DNA from: a virus
IMG/VR virus record: IMGVR_UViG_3300028842_000131
Coordinates: 1-50,370 of that record
Direction: 5' to 3' (one strand)
Length of the DNA: 50,370 bases
Below are positions 13,374-23,173 of this stretch, one piece after another (the first letter of the stretch is position 1; every line of letters begins with the position of its first letter). Below the pieces are notes generated by a model. The model worked only from the letters and a program-made list of their open reading frames with translations. It did not search any database and was not told the DNA's origin. The position numbers and the translations under genes are program-made.

Positions 13374-16300
13374 CTATGGAATGCGCCCGACGGCGACGAT
13401 GAGCATGCGGCTGCCGGCCGCGATCGAGAACGTGCCCGCTCCGCCGCTCAGCTTTCCCTGCATCTTGATCGTGTAGGAGGTGTTGCCGGTGAGGGCGACC
13501 GTCCACGCGCCGATGATCGGTACCCGCTCGTTGTTGGTCTGAGGGTTCCAGATGATCTGGTTCGAGTCGGCCGACCCGTTCACCACGAGCTCACCGAGGA
13601 AGCCGCTGCCAGTTGCCGTCATCTTGGCGTCCAGGACGGCCAGGACGATGGCGCGGCAGTCGGAGGGTGGGGTAAAAGTGGTGGTGAGACCGTTGAGGTC
13701 GGTCGCCGTCGTCGAGTTGATCGTGGTGGCGGTCCCGACGATCATCGGCTCGATCCAGGGGGCGATCCTGGACGACTCGAGCGTCACCAGTGAACCCCGC
13801 TTGTCGAGCGCCGAGTAGACCGTCGACCCGAGCAGGAGCGTCATCTGGTTGACAGTCGGGCTTGCGACGTTCTGAAGGAGTAGCGGGGCACTCCCCGCCG
13901 CGTTCGGGTTGGCGGCGAAGCGCCCGGCCAGCATGGCGCCGTCGATGTTCATGTTGCCGGACTGGGCGGTACCGGGCGACGTTGTCTGGACGCGGGCGAC
14001 GACGTCTGAGCCGCTTGCGCTCGAGATGAACTGCTTGTCGCTCGACGCCCAGGAGCCGAGGACTCCGGCGGTCGTCACCGCCCTGACGCTGACGTGGCCC
14101 TCGGATCCCTGGGAGCCGTAGCCGAGCAGGTCTAGGGTATAGGAGCTGTAGCCGGGGGCTACGAGCGTCAGGGGCGCCTCAGTAGTCGGCTCGTCGCCGA
14201 ACATGATGCTCGGGAGCTGCCCGGTGCGCGTAGAGCTCGAGGAGCCACCGACGGTGATGTCGTACCGGTGGATGGCCGTGTTCTCGGTGAAGGTGTAGAG
14301 CTGTAGCTCGAGGACCGCAAACCCGACCGTGTCCGCCTGCACCATGCGCCAGTACCGGTGGGCGTACCGGCAGGGCCACTCCCAGGTGACGGTCCAGGTG
14401 GCGGAGGCCCCCGCGACGGACTTGGTCGTGAAGGTGGGGCTGGTCGCGTCGACCCAGGTTGAGCCGTCATCGCTCCACTGCCACCAGACGCCCGCGACAG
14501 CGCTGGAGGCGGCCCCGCTAGAGGCGGCCGTGATGGTGAGGTCGACCTTGCCGAAGCGGGCGGAGGCCCCGGCGCCGAGGTCCAGCTTGACGTAGGCGTA
14601 GTTCGCCGGCACCGTCGATGAGGTCGGTGCGGTGGTCAGCGCGGTGGCCCCATTCGAGCCGTCGTTGATGGCCGACGCCGTGACGCCGGTGCAGTTAGTG
14701 GTGCTCCAGTAGGAGGACCCGTAGAGTGAGGCGGCGTACGCGGCGCGCGGCGGGCCGATGGCCAGGTACTGGAGGCTCGACGAGAAGCCGAGGATCGGCG
14801 CGCCGGGTGCGGCGTAGGGGTCGCTGAAGAGCGTGCCGGGGGTGGTGTTGGCGGTGGTTGACGTCGAGGCGTAGACGGCCGAGTCGTATTCCCTGGCCTC
14901 GATTCCGTACTCCCCCGTCGGGAGCCGCTTCACGGTCTCGATGAGCAGCCTCTGGGCCGTGAGCCCGATACCGGCCGTCAGGGTCACCAGGGCCCCCTTG
15001 TAGAGCCGGACGCCGACCCACGGTGACGTCCAGGTGACTCGGAGGTCGGCCTCGGCCAGCTTGAGGTAGTAGTTGGCGATGCGGGCGGCGTGGACCGCGT
15101 CGGTGATTCCGGGGAGGTTGTACTTGGTCTCCCTGAGGCCAACTGTCGCCGGGGCCGTAAGACCCTGGCTGTCCCGCTGGATGGGGATCTGCTTGTAGTT
15201 GTTGGAGGCGTCCGAGAACCAGACCGTTACGCGAGTGGGCTTGTCGATGGGGTCGGTGGTGGTGGCCGTGACGTCCTTGGCGTTGGTGGTGTCGAACGCG
15301 ACGAGGACGTCCTCCTGGGCCACGTCCACCCGGATGCAGAGCTGGCCGTTGTCCTCGTAGAACTGGGCCCCGCAGTAGGCGCGCATCGTCTCGAAGACGG
15401 CCCTGGCGGATGTCTCAGCGTTGATGACGATCCCGGCCTGGTAGTAGCCGCTCGAGCCGGTTTCGGTGGCGTGGTCGGCGTCGGCCGCGCCCCTGCCGAA
15501 GTTCGCGGTGTTGATGTCGGCCGCCGCAATCCCCGCACCGTAGACGCCATCGGTGGCGAAGTCGAGGATCTGGAGGACCGGGTTCGTCGTCCACGAGACG
15601 GTGTTAGGCGTGACGGCTGAGGCCTGGGTCTCGATGTACCCGTAGTCATCGGACTTGATCTGGAGGGACGACCTGGTGACCCTCAGGACGGTGGAGGCCG
15701 GGATCCCGTAGATGCGGAGGCGCGCCGTTCCGGTGCCGGAGCCGGTGTTGGTGAGCCGGTAGGTGCGCCAGTTGGTGTCGACCGTGATCGACTGGGTGGT
15801 GGCGCTCGAGCCCTTCTTGACCTCCATCGTGCCGGTGAAGGAGCCCGAGGCGACGCGCATCCGGATCGTGCCCGTCAGGGGATCCCCGGAGGCCAGCCCG
15901 AGCGCGACGTCGCGGTAGAACTCGTAGGTGCCGGGCGTGGCGCTGAAGGTGTACTCGCTGGCACTGGTACCGCCCCAACCGTCAGACGCGCCGCCGGTCC
16001 CGGACTTGCCGTCGGCCGACACCGTCGGGAAGGTGGTTGCGCTCGACCATCCGCGGGTTGAGCGGAAGTCGTTGCTGTAGGTGATGCGGTTCTCGCGCGG
16101 GTCGCTACAGAGCTTGCCCTGGACGACGAAGGTGAACTTCTCGGCCGCCGCGTAGGCCTCGTATTCGCTGAAGGGGTAGTCGATCCTCGCGTAGGCGAGC
16201 AGCGGCAAGCGGTACGTGCCGCCCGCGTAGAAGGAGTCGAGCCCGATGGCCGCCTGGGTAGCCGTGCCCGTGAAGTAGGTGATTGTGACGCCGCTCGGTG

Positions 16301-16631
16301 TGGCGTCGTTGATCTTGCAGGAGGTGACGGCGTTGATCGGGCCGGCGCAGATCCCGACGAAGATCGACCAGGTCGTGACGTTGTTCCCGCGCCAGAGGAC
16401 GCGTCCCTCGACCTGCTGGAGGCCGTAGACGATCGGGACCTTGGTCCCGTACGCGAGCGTACCGACCTTGGCCGTCGAGGAGTTGACGTCCTTAGGCGAC
16501 GGGGGCGCCGACGGATACACGGGGTCGTAGGGCCCGGTGAACGGGCCCCTCGGGTAGACGTGGCCGTCACCGCCCCGCACGACGGTGTTGGCGCCCCTGA
16601 CCCCTCCGGGAAGCAGTACGGTGTGCGGCAC
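13374..16631 (-). CDS. Host-specificity / central tail fibre protein (lambda gpJ-like), 1085 aa
   Basis: GTG start overlaps the upstream TAG (TAGTG), with a GAGGAGG RBS. TNPVLQILDFATDGVYGAGI is typical of the gpJ 'Phage-tail_3' region. Last gene of the tail module. The 196-aa N-terminal extension in the ORF track overlaps a better gene. Confidence 0.85.
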   Translation of the reverse strand: MPHTVLLPGGVRGANTVVRGGDGHVYPRGPFTGPYDPVYPSAPPSPKDVNSSTAKVGTLAYGTKVPIVYGLQQVEGRVLWRGNNVTTWSIFVGICAGPINAVTSCKINDATPSGVTITYFTGTATQAAIGLDSFYAGGTYRLPLLAYARIDYPFSEYEAYAAAEKFTFVVQGKLCSDPRENRITYSNDFRSTRGWSSATTFPTVSADGKSGTGGASDGWGGTSASEYTFSATPGTYEFYRDVALGLASGDPLTGTIRMRVASGSFTGTMEVKKGSSATTQSITVDTNWRTYRLTNTGSGTGTARLRIYGIPASTVLRVTRSSLQIKSDDYGYIETQASAVTPNTVSWTTNPVLQILDFATDGVYGAGIAAADINTANFGRGAADADHATETGSSGYYQAGIVINAETSARAVFETMRAYCGAQFYEDNGQLCIRVDVAQEDVLVAFDTTNAKDVTATTTDPIDKPTRVTVWFSDASNNYKQIPIQRDSQGLTAPATVGLRETKYNLPGITDAVHAARIANYYLKLAEADLRVTWTSPWVGVRLYKGALVTLTAGIGLTAQRLLIETVKRLPTGEYGIEAREYDSAVYASTSTTANTTPGTLFSDPYAAPGAPILGFSSSLQYLAIGPPRAAYAASLYGSSYWSTTNCTGVTASAINDGSNGATALTTAPTSSTVPANYAYVKLDLGAGASARFGKVDLTITAASSGAASSAVAGVWWQWSDDGSTWVDATSPTFTTKSVAGASATWTVTWEWPCRYAHRYWRMVQADTVGFAVLELQLYTFTENTAIHRYDITVGGSSSSTRTGQLPSIMFGDEPTTEAPLTLVAPGYSSYTLDLLGYGSQGSEGHVSVRAVTTAGVLGSWASSDKQFISSASGSDVVARVQTTSPGTAQSGNMNIDGAMLAGRFAANPNAAGSAPLLLQNVASPTVNQMTLLLGSTVYSALDKRGSLVTLESSRIAPWIEPMIVGTATTINSTTATDLNGLTTTFTPPSDCRAIVLAVLDAKMTATGSGFLGELVVNGSADSNQIIWNPQTNNERVPIIGAWTVALTGNTSYTIKMQGKLSGGAGTFSIAAGSRMLIVAVGRIP

Positions 16632-17212
16632 TACCGGGCCTCCTCGATCAGGAGACCGGTCGTCACGAGGGTGCGTGCGAAGTTGCGGAAGGAGATCTTG
16701 TCGTTGCCGAAGCGGCAGTTGAAGCCGGCACGTCCGGTGGCCTGCCACTCGATGATGCCGTCGGTAGCGGGGGCGACCGAGAACGTGAAGACGTCGCGGC
16801 CGTCGGTTCCGGTCCCGAGGCTCAGGGAGCCCGCGGCAGAGCTCCCGTTGACGTAGGCGGTCCCGGAGCTCGAGGACTTCATCGGCAGCTCCCAGGCGGT
16901 CGTGGAGCCGTTGCCGACGCCCACGTACAGCTTGGGCCAGCGGATACCGACTGGGCTCGAGTCCCAGCCGTTCCAGTCGTAGAAGGTGAAGGTCCCGCTG
17001 GAGCCCTTGCGGGCCGAGTAGAAGTCCCAGAGGTTGTTGTACTGGGACCAGTCGAGCAGTGGAGCTTTGAACGAGAACGAGTACAGAGGGTACTGCCGGC
17101 CAGGCCTCGAGTAGCTCGAGCCGGCGTCGTACCCCTTGCTGATGATGGTCAGGTACTCCTGGGCCACCTCCTCGTCGAGGAGCGGCGCGAAGTCCTCGGG
17201 GAAGGCCGCCAT
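16631..17212 (-). CDS. Minor tail / tail tip protein, 193 aa
   Basis: ORF track. TAATG coupling. Lies between the tape measure and J. The LWDFYSARKGSSGTFTFYDW motif is reminiscent of DUF2460-type distal tail proteins, recalled with low certainty. Confidence 0.75.
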   Translation of the reverse strand: MAAFPEDFAPLLDEEVAQEYLTIISKGYDAGSSYSRPGRQYPLYSFSFKAPLLDWSQYNNLWDFYSARKGSSGTFTFYDWNGWDSSPVGIRWPKLYVGVGNGSTTAWELPMKSSSSGTAYVNGSSAAGSLSLGTGTDGRDVFTFSVAPATDGIIEWQATGRAGFNCRFGNDKISFRNFARTLVTTGLLIEEAR

Positions 17213-18057
17213 TAGGCACTCTCCGTGTTGGGCTGCAGGAGGAAGGGGATGCCGCCGTAGTTGAGGCTGTTGCCGGGCCCGCGGCTGTTGACCTTGCCGG
17301 CGGACTCGGACGTCGACCCCACGTTGGAGCCGGCGTTCGAGTACGAGAACTGGGTGCCGCTCGGCGTGCCCGTGACGGCGGCCACGGCGTTGAAGGTGGC
17401 GTCCGACATCAGGTAGACCTGGACGATCTGGCCGATGCTGAAGCCGTGGGCGACGCTCGTGGTCAGCGTGGCGACGTTGGACGTCCTCGAGCGGTTGGTG
17501 ATGTTGGCGGTCGCCGCGAGCTTCGTGGGCAGTTGACAGCTAGCAAGCGAGAGATCGCACGTCGTGTCGGATCCGGTAGCCTGGCAGCCGGTCCCCTTGT
17601 AGCTGAACTGGCAGAGCGTGCCCCAGTCGCGCGACGGAGCTTTGATGGCCTCGTAGTCGGTGTAGGCCGTAACGTCGAAGGAGGCGTCGGTGGCGGTGAT
17701 CGAGGGGCGGCCAATCCGACCGCGCCGAAGGAGGACGACCTCCTGGGGAACGACCGTGAGCTGGCCGACCGTGAACCAGGCCTCGTAGACGTAGATGGGG
17801 CTTCCAGAGCCGGCCAGGAGGATGGTCGACCAGTAGTTGTCGGCGTTCGCGAAGGAGAACGAGAGCCCGCCCGAGAGGTCGTACTTGTTGCGGTCGATCT
17901 CGGGCGAGTGGAAGCCACGATGGACCCACTGCTGGGAGTTGTACTTGATCGGGATCATCGAGTCCGTTAGGTACAGCGTGCCGCTCGGCAGGTCCATCCT
18001 GACGAGAAGCTGGGTGTAGACCTCCCGATCGGAGGCGTGGGTGCTGATGAAACCCAT
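17212..18057 (-). CDS. Minor tail / tail tip protein with four-Cys cluster (gpL / BR0599-like), 281 aa
   Basis: ORF track. TAATG coupling to the tape measure. Cluster C-x8-C-x8-C-x6-C (LCQFSYKGTGCQATGSDTTCDLSLASC). Confidence 0.75.
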   Translation of the reverse strand: MGFISTHASDREVYTQLLVRMDLPSGTLYLTDSMIPIKYNSQQWVHRGFHSPEIDRNKYDLSGGLSFSFANADNYWSTILLAGSGSPIYVYEAWFTVGQLTVVPQEVVLLRRGRIGRPSITATDASFDVTAYTDYEAIKAPSRDWGTLCQFSYKGTGCQATGSDTTCDLSLASCQLPTKLAATANITNRSRTSNVATLTTSVAHGFSIGQIVQVYLMSDATFNAVAAVTGTPSGTQFSYSNAGSNVGSTSESAGKVNSRGPGNSLNYGGIPFLLQPNTESA

Positions 18058-21000
18058 TAGGCAAAGCCTCCGGTTACGCGTCCCGTCAGCGTCGGGTCGT
18101 GCCGGATGGCGTTGATGGTGTTCGCCGGGGCGAACTGGGTGGGCGGCGGAAGTTCCCCGCCGAGCGCGAGGACGGCATTACCGAGCGCCTCGGTGAAGGC
18201 GTCCACCATGCCCTTGGAGCGCTCGTAGGCGCCGATAAGCGAGTCCGGCCCGTGGGGGTTGTGGGCGGGGTCTCGATCGGGGTCTGGCGGGTTGCCGCCG
18301 CCGACGGTGGTGTTGAGGGTCGTGAGGGACGTGTTCAGCTTGCCCAGCTCCACGTCGAGGGTCGCCATCTCATCGGCCACCCGGTTTACGATGCTGGTGA
18401 GGCTCTGGGTGGCGATCTGCTGGACGCCGATGATGATGTCGCGGAGCTTGGCAACCTCGCTCTCGACACCGATCATCGTGGACGTGAGGACGCCGGCCGC
18501 CAGCTCGAGCGCCTGCTTGATCGGCTCCATGCTGTCGACGATGGAGCTGTGGAGCTCTCCGTAGACGTACTCGGCGAGCGCCTGGGTGTCGTCGAGGATC
18601 TTGTTGATCAGGTTGCGGCCGGCCTCCTTGGCCGCGGGGTCGTCCTTGATGAGGCCCCAGTACTGGCGCATCAGGTCCTGGATCTCGTCGGTGATCTCCT
18701 TGACCTCGGAGGCGCTCCCGGCGTTGCGGAGCTTCCCCTGGAGGTCGCGGACCCTGCCCATGATCAGGTTGACCTGTTCGCCAGGCTCCGAGGCGTCCAT
18801 CAGCATCCCGAACTTCTGCTGCCAGATCGACTTGCCGAGTGCGTCGACGTTGCTGACGATCTCGCGCAGCATGTTCGACATCGCGTCCCAGAGGGACCTG
18901 GCCTCGGTGTTGACGGCCCTGATGGCGTCGATCTGCTCCTGGCCGGCAAGCATCGACGCCTGCGCGACCTTGTCCCAGAGCTTGGAGGCGCGCCAGGCGA
19001 AGTCGGATGCCGACTTCGGCGTGTCGCCATAGTAGTTGCCTTCGCGGTAGAGCTTCCTGGTGTCGTTCACCTCGGCCAGGGCAGCCTTGGCGTTGTTGTA
19101 GAGGGCCATGAGGCCCTGGAACAGTTCGTTGACGGCGTCCTGGATGACCTTGACGGCGTCGGCGACCTTGTTCGGGTCCTCGCTCCAGAGGTCCCGCTTG
19201 GCATAGTGGATCGTCTTGTCGAGGCGCGCCTTCTTCTCGGCGTCCGTCTCGAACGCCTGGCTCATGGTGGCAACCTGGGCGTTCGTCGAGGCGATGATGC
19301 TCTTGATCATTCCCCTGACGTTGTTGATGAAGTCGAGGGCTTCCTGGTAGTACTGCCGCGAAGCCTCGACGAGCTCCTTGGCCTTGTTGAGGAAGGCGTC
19401 GCCCGTATAGAGGCTCAGTCCTGCGAAGCCCTCCTTGAGGCTCGTCACGCCCTCCCGGAAGCGCTGGATGGGGCTCTTGTTCTCCTCGCGCGCCTGGTCA
19501 CCCATGACGTCGGACCCGGAGCGGCTCATGTCGGCACGCAGGTTTCGGATCGACACCACGACCCCCACGAGGCTCTTGAAGTACTCGAGGAACTTGTCGG
19601 GACCGCGAAGGTCGATCTGCTCCGAGATGTTCTGGATTGCTGCGACCGTGAACCCGAGACCCTTGAGCATCATCGGGATCGGGGCGTTGGTATCGAAGAA
19701 GCCCTCACCCTTGGTGCCGCCGCTGATGCCAGGAAGGTCCTGGGGACCGAGCCTCTTCCCGAACATGAGGTTCAGGAGATTCCTCGGGATCTCGGTGGTG
19801 AAAACCCGCTTGATGTCGTTCTGGAGGTCCTCGGAGCTGCCGGCGTGGGCCTCGAAGTCGATCGTCTGGATGTAGTCCATGACGATCTTGTTCAGGCTCT
19901 TGGCGAAATCCGCGCCTCCGGACTGTCCGGTCAGACGGAACAGGTCCATGACGGTGGTTGAGATGTTGCTCGCCGTCTCGAGCACCTGGGTGCCGGATCC
20001 GCTGATCGGGTTCCCCCTGGAGTCGAACATGTCGCGAGAGCGTATGAAAGCGTGGTCCTCGGTGTCGGGAGCCAGGAGGTTCATCACGGTCCCGAACAGG
20101 AGGATCGCGGCGGCGGCGATGAGGCCCGCCACCGTACCGATACCGGGCACAGCGTTCCCGATGTAGGCAGCCGCACCCGCCGCAGCCGTGTAGGGCGCCA
20201 TGCCCTCCCAGAAGCTCTGGGCGCCGCCAGTGGCGTAGGACCCAGCGGTCCCGACCGCAGCGATGCCGATCTGGCCCCACTGGCCAGCGCTCATGTTGCC
20301 GACGCCGACGTTGTTGTTTGGCCCCCGTCCCCAGTCCCAGGTCGAGTTGTCGCCCGAGGCGGGCGCGAAGCCAGCCTGCTTCAGCGCTGCCTGGCTCGTG
20401 ATGGCCCGCTTCACCATGTTGCTGACCATGCCGGTGAAGTCCCGCAGGACGTCCTCGTTGAAGCCCCTGAGGGCGTCCAGGAGGCCGTCAAAACCACGCG
20501 TCACGACCCCGAAGAGGCCGTCGTCGATTGCCTTGCCGAGCGAGCTGAAGGCGTCGCGGCCGAACGTGGCCACGTCCCCGAGCTGTTCCTTGATGTGGTC
20601 GACATGGCCCTCCACGACCTTGTCGCCCTTCTTGAGGGCGTCGTCCCAGTCGGTGAGGAGCTCGTCGAGGACCTTCTGGTTCTCCTTGGCCTCGGCCTCC
20701 TTGATCAGGAAGTGGGCAGCCATCCAGGACGTGTCCTGGCGTCCGCCGTTAGGCGCCCCGATGGCGCGGGAGTAGCGCTCCGACGCCTCGACCAGCGCCT
20801 TCAGCTCGTTCTCGGCGGTGATGCGGACCCGGACGAACTTCTTGGCGATGCCGTCGAGGCCCGCCAGCTCGTCCTTCTGCTGCAGGCGGAGGACCAGGTC
20901 GTTGTAGGCCTTGGTGGCCGACGCAAGTTCCTTGGCCGCCTTCTCGGCCCCCTTGTCGCCGAAGAGCGCCTTGAGGTCGTTCAGGATGTTGGTGAAGGCG

Positions 21001-22331
21001 CCCTTCTTGCTGGGGTCGGAACCCTTGCCGAGCGTCTCGAGGATCTCCTTCGCCTTCGCCTTGAGGGCGTCGGCGGGCGCCATGGCCTGGTTGATGCTCG
21101 ACGCCAGGTTGGTGAAGGAGTGGGACGAGAGCATCACGTCCCCGGCGAGCCCGCGCCAGGACTTCCGGGCGGTCTCCGTCAGGGAGTTGTCGGCCATGAA
21201 CTTGTAGAAGCCGAGCTTGACGCCCTCGAGGGCGCCCATGAGTGATCCCTTCGGGTCGCTGATGATCTTGCCGGCCGTCACGAAGGCGGTGGCGATGCTG
21301 TGGGCGACGTCGACGGCCCAGCTACCGAGGACCGCGAACACCTCCACCCACCGCACCCCGGAGGCCTTCATGGCCTCGTCGATGATGCCGAGGGCGCCGG
21401 TGAAGCCGGCCACCAGGAGCTCGATGATCCCGTCGATGGTGATGCCGATCACCCGCAAGTTCTGCGCGATGTCCTCGTTGAGGGCCCGGCCGCCGTCCTT
21501 CGTGCGGGTCATGAACGCATCCATAGCGTTGTTCATGTAGGACTTGAAGGTGTCGAAGACGGGCTTCGTCAGCTCCGCCGAGAAGAGGCCAAAGGCCGTC
21601 GTCATGTTCGAGAAGGTGGCCTGCCACGTCTTTTCGAGCAGGGGCCCCTTCTCCCAGAAAGCGTTCAGCTTCTCCTGGAGCTTGTCCAGGAGGATCCCCT
21701 GCTCGCGCCAGCCGTCCATCATCTCCTTGGTGACGCCGAGGCTCTTGAGGAGGCCGCCAACACGGGACTGGGTTCGACCGATCCCGAGCAGCATGTTGTT
21801 CATCTGCTGAGCCACAGTCTCGAACGGCCACTGCAGGGTTCCGGCCATGTTCGCGATGGTGGCCGTGAACTTCACCATCTGCGACTGAACGTCTTTGGAC
21901 TTCGTGCCGGCGGTCGCCATTCCGGCGTACATCCGCTCGTACATGTTGATCACTTCCTTGGCGTCGCCAGCGGAAGCGATCGAGACCTCGACGAGACGCT
22001 GCTGGGTCTCCTTGGCGATCTGGAGGGCACCGTTGAAGGCCTCCATGCCCTTCACGTTACGACCCGTCTGGTCGTAGATCTCGCCCATCGAGACGTAGAG
22101 CGATGCCATGCCGAGCGCCGACGTCTCGAGCATGGCGTTCATCTTGATTCCGGCGTCGTAGACCTTCTTGGCGCCGTCTGCGAGCTCGTTCAGGCCGAAT
22201 GCGGTCGCGGCGAGGCCCGGCAGGTTCCGCAGGACGTTGCCGAGCGAAGTTACCTGGTTAAGAACGTTCTGGACCCCGGCGGCAGCGTTGCCGTCGAGGT
22301 CCAGCGTGATGAGAGCCTTGTAGTCGGCCAC
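18057..22331 (-). CDS. Tail tape measure protein, 1424 aa
   Basis: Longest ORF. Helical Ala/Leu/Lys-rich with internal Gly-rich hydrophobic segments. Immediately downstream of the G/GT chaperone genes. Confidence 0.93.
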   Translation of the reverse strand: MADYKALITLDLDGNAAAGVQNVLNQVTSLGNVLRNLPGLAATAFGLNELADGAKKVYDAGIKMNAMLETSALGMASLYVSMGEIYDQTGRNVKGMEAFNGALQIAKETQQRLVEVSIASAGDAKEVINMYERMYAGMATAGTKSKDVQSQMVKFTATIANMAGTLQWPFETVAQQMNNMLLGIGRTQSRVGGLLKSLGVTKEMMDGWREQGILLDKLQEKLNAFWEKGPLLEKTWQATFSNMTTAFGLFSAELTKPVFDTFKSYMNNAMDAFMTRTKDGGRALNEDIAQNLRVIGITIDGIIELLVAGFTGALGIIDEAMKASGVRWVEVFAVLGSWAVDVAHSIATAFVTAGKIISDPKGSLMGALEGVKLGFYKFMADNSLTETARKSWRGLAGDVMLSSHSFTNLASSINQAMAPADALKAKAKEILETLGKGSDPSKKGAFTNILNDLKALFGDKGAEKAAKELASATKAYNDLVLRLQQKDELAGLDGIAKKFVRVRITAENELKALVEASERYSRAIGAPNGGRQDTSWMAAHFLIKEAEAKENQKVLDELLTDWDDALKKGDKVVEGHVDHIKEQLGDVATFGRDAFSSLGKAIDDGLFGVVTRGFDGLLDALRGFNEDVLRDFTGMVSNMVKRAITSQAALKQAGFAPASGDNSTWDWGRGPNNNVGVGNMSAGQWGQIGIAAVGTAGSYATGGAQSFWEGMAPYTAAAGAAAYIGNAVPGIGTVAGLIAAAAILLFGTVMNLLAPDTEDHAFIRSRDMFDSRGNPISGSGTQVLETASNISTTVMDLFRLTGQSGGADFAKSLNKIVMDYIQTIDFEAHAGSSEDLQNDIKRVFTTEIPRNLLNLMFGKRLGPQDLPGISGGTKGEGFFDTNAPIPMMLKGLGFTVAAIQNISEQIDLRGPDKFLEYFKSLVGVVVSIRNLRADMSRSGSDVMGDQAREENKSPIQRFREGVTSLKEGFAGLSLYTGDAFLNKAKELVEASRQYYQEALDFINNVRGMIKSIIASTNAQVATMSQAFETDAEKKARLDKTIHYAKRDLWSEDPNKVADAVKVIQDAVNELFQGLMALYNNAKAALAEVNDTRKLYREGNYYGDTPKSASDFAWRASKLWDKVAQASMLAGQEQIDAIRAVNTEARSLWDAMSNMLREIVSNVDALGKSIWQQKFGMLMDASEPGEQVNLIMGRVRDLQGKLRNAGSASEVKEITDEIQDLMRQYWGLIKDDPAAKEAGRNLINKILDDTQALAEYVYGELHSSIVDSMEPIKQALELAAGVLTSTMIGVESEVAKLRDIIIGVQQIATQSLTSIVNRVADEMATLDVELGKLNTSLTTLNTTVGGGNPPDPDRDPAHNPHGPDSLIGAYERSKGMVDAFTEALGNAVLALGGELPPPTQFAPANTINAIRHDPTLTGRVTGGFA

Positions 22332-22334
22332 AGG

Positions 22335-23086
22335 TCACCTCTTCTGGTGCTTGGCTGCTGCGGCCTTGGCATCGGCCCGCGCCTTTTCCTCGCGACGCTT
22401 CTCGTCCATAAGCGCGAGCCATGCGTCCTCGAGCGCGATGACGAGTGGATACAGTTCCCGAAAGTCGAGCCCCTCAAGGTCGGCGACGCGCTCGACCTGG
22501 CAGATGTCGAGACCGACCTGCCCGTTGAAGCTGTAGGTCCAGCGTTTCCGGCAGGCCTCGAACAGGCGTAGCGCCTCGGCGGCCCTAATCGAGCCACGCA
22601 TTGCGGGTGGCTGGGGGTTGCGTAGCTCCTGAACGCATGTCGGCCCCTGCATGCACTCCTTGCCGTGCTTGGCGGCTAGGAGCTTGCAGTTCCGGCAGTC
22701 ATCGGCGAAGCGCGACTTCCTATCCAGCCACTCCCACGTAGCTCGCGCCGCCGTTACGAGTTTTTTTCGTCGAGCTCCAGTTCGGCCTCGAGCGCCTTCC
22801 CCTGCTCGGAGGACTTCGTGATCACGAACGCGATGGCGCCGGGCGTGTTCTCGAGCCACTCGAGCCGCTTGGCAGGGTTGAGGCCGGTCCCGTCGTGGAG
22901 GGTCACGTCCTCGAGGACGGCGTTCGCCAGGGCGAGCTGGAACGCGAGGTCCTGGTCGAGGCTCGAGTCCCGCGCCACGATGATGAAGCCCTGCTTCTTG
23001 ACCGACTTCGCGGCGTTCGCGGCGGCCCGCGGTGTCATCGGCGCGACGGTGATCTTGGCGGCCTTGGTGTTGTAGGTCTCGGACAT
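22335..23086 (-). CDS. Tail assembly chaperone G-T fusion, produced by -1 programmed frameshift
   Basis: The G frame (22754..23086) ends 6 nt after the slippery A_AAA_AAC. The -1 frame stays open to 22335 (RRKKLVTAARATWEWL...) and stops 4 nt before the tape measure start. Confidence 0.75.
22754..23086 (-). CDS. Tail assembly chaperone G, 110 aa
   Basis: ORF track. AGGAGA RBS. Acidic C-terminus. Lies between the major tail and tape measure genes. Confidence 0.85.
   Translation of the reverse strand: MSETYNTKAAKITVAPMTPRAAANAAKSVKKQGFIIVARDSSLDQDLAFQLALANAVLEDVTLHDGTGLNPAKRLEWLENTPGAIAFVITKSSEQGKALEAELELDEKNS
22760..22766 (-). other. Slippery heptamer A_AAA_AAC (-1 frameshift site)
   Basis: Run of seven T on the plus strand (22761-22767). 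The zero frame reads GAA AAA AAC TCG TAA. Confidence 0.7.
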
Positions 23087-23173
23087 GGGTGTCTCCTGGT
23101 GGGTTGCTGGTTGACGAAGTGCCGGGTCGCCGGAGTTGGCGGCCGACGACCCGGCGGCTAGTTCGCTGGCTCG

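Noticed and set aside
16632-17219. 196-aa N-terminal extension of the J-like ORF (track model 13374..17219)
   Set aside because: It overlaps the well-formed 193-aa gene in another frame. The extension is Arg/Pro/Leu-rich. A GTG with a GAGGAGG RBS at 16631 gives a coupled start.
18099-22571. Long plus-strand ORFs (620, 397 and 423 aa) antisense to the tape measure gene
   Set aside because: They are antisense shadows of a 1424-aa gene. Their composition is dominated by Gly/Arg/Asp/Val/Leu repeats (GC-rich codons), and they have no RBS or coupling.
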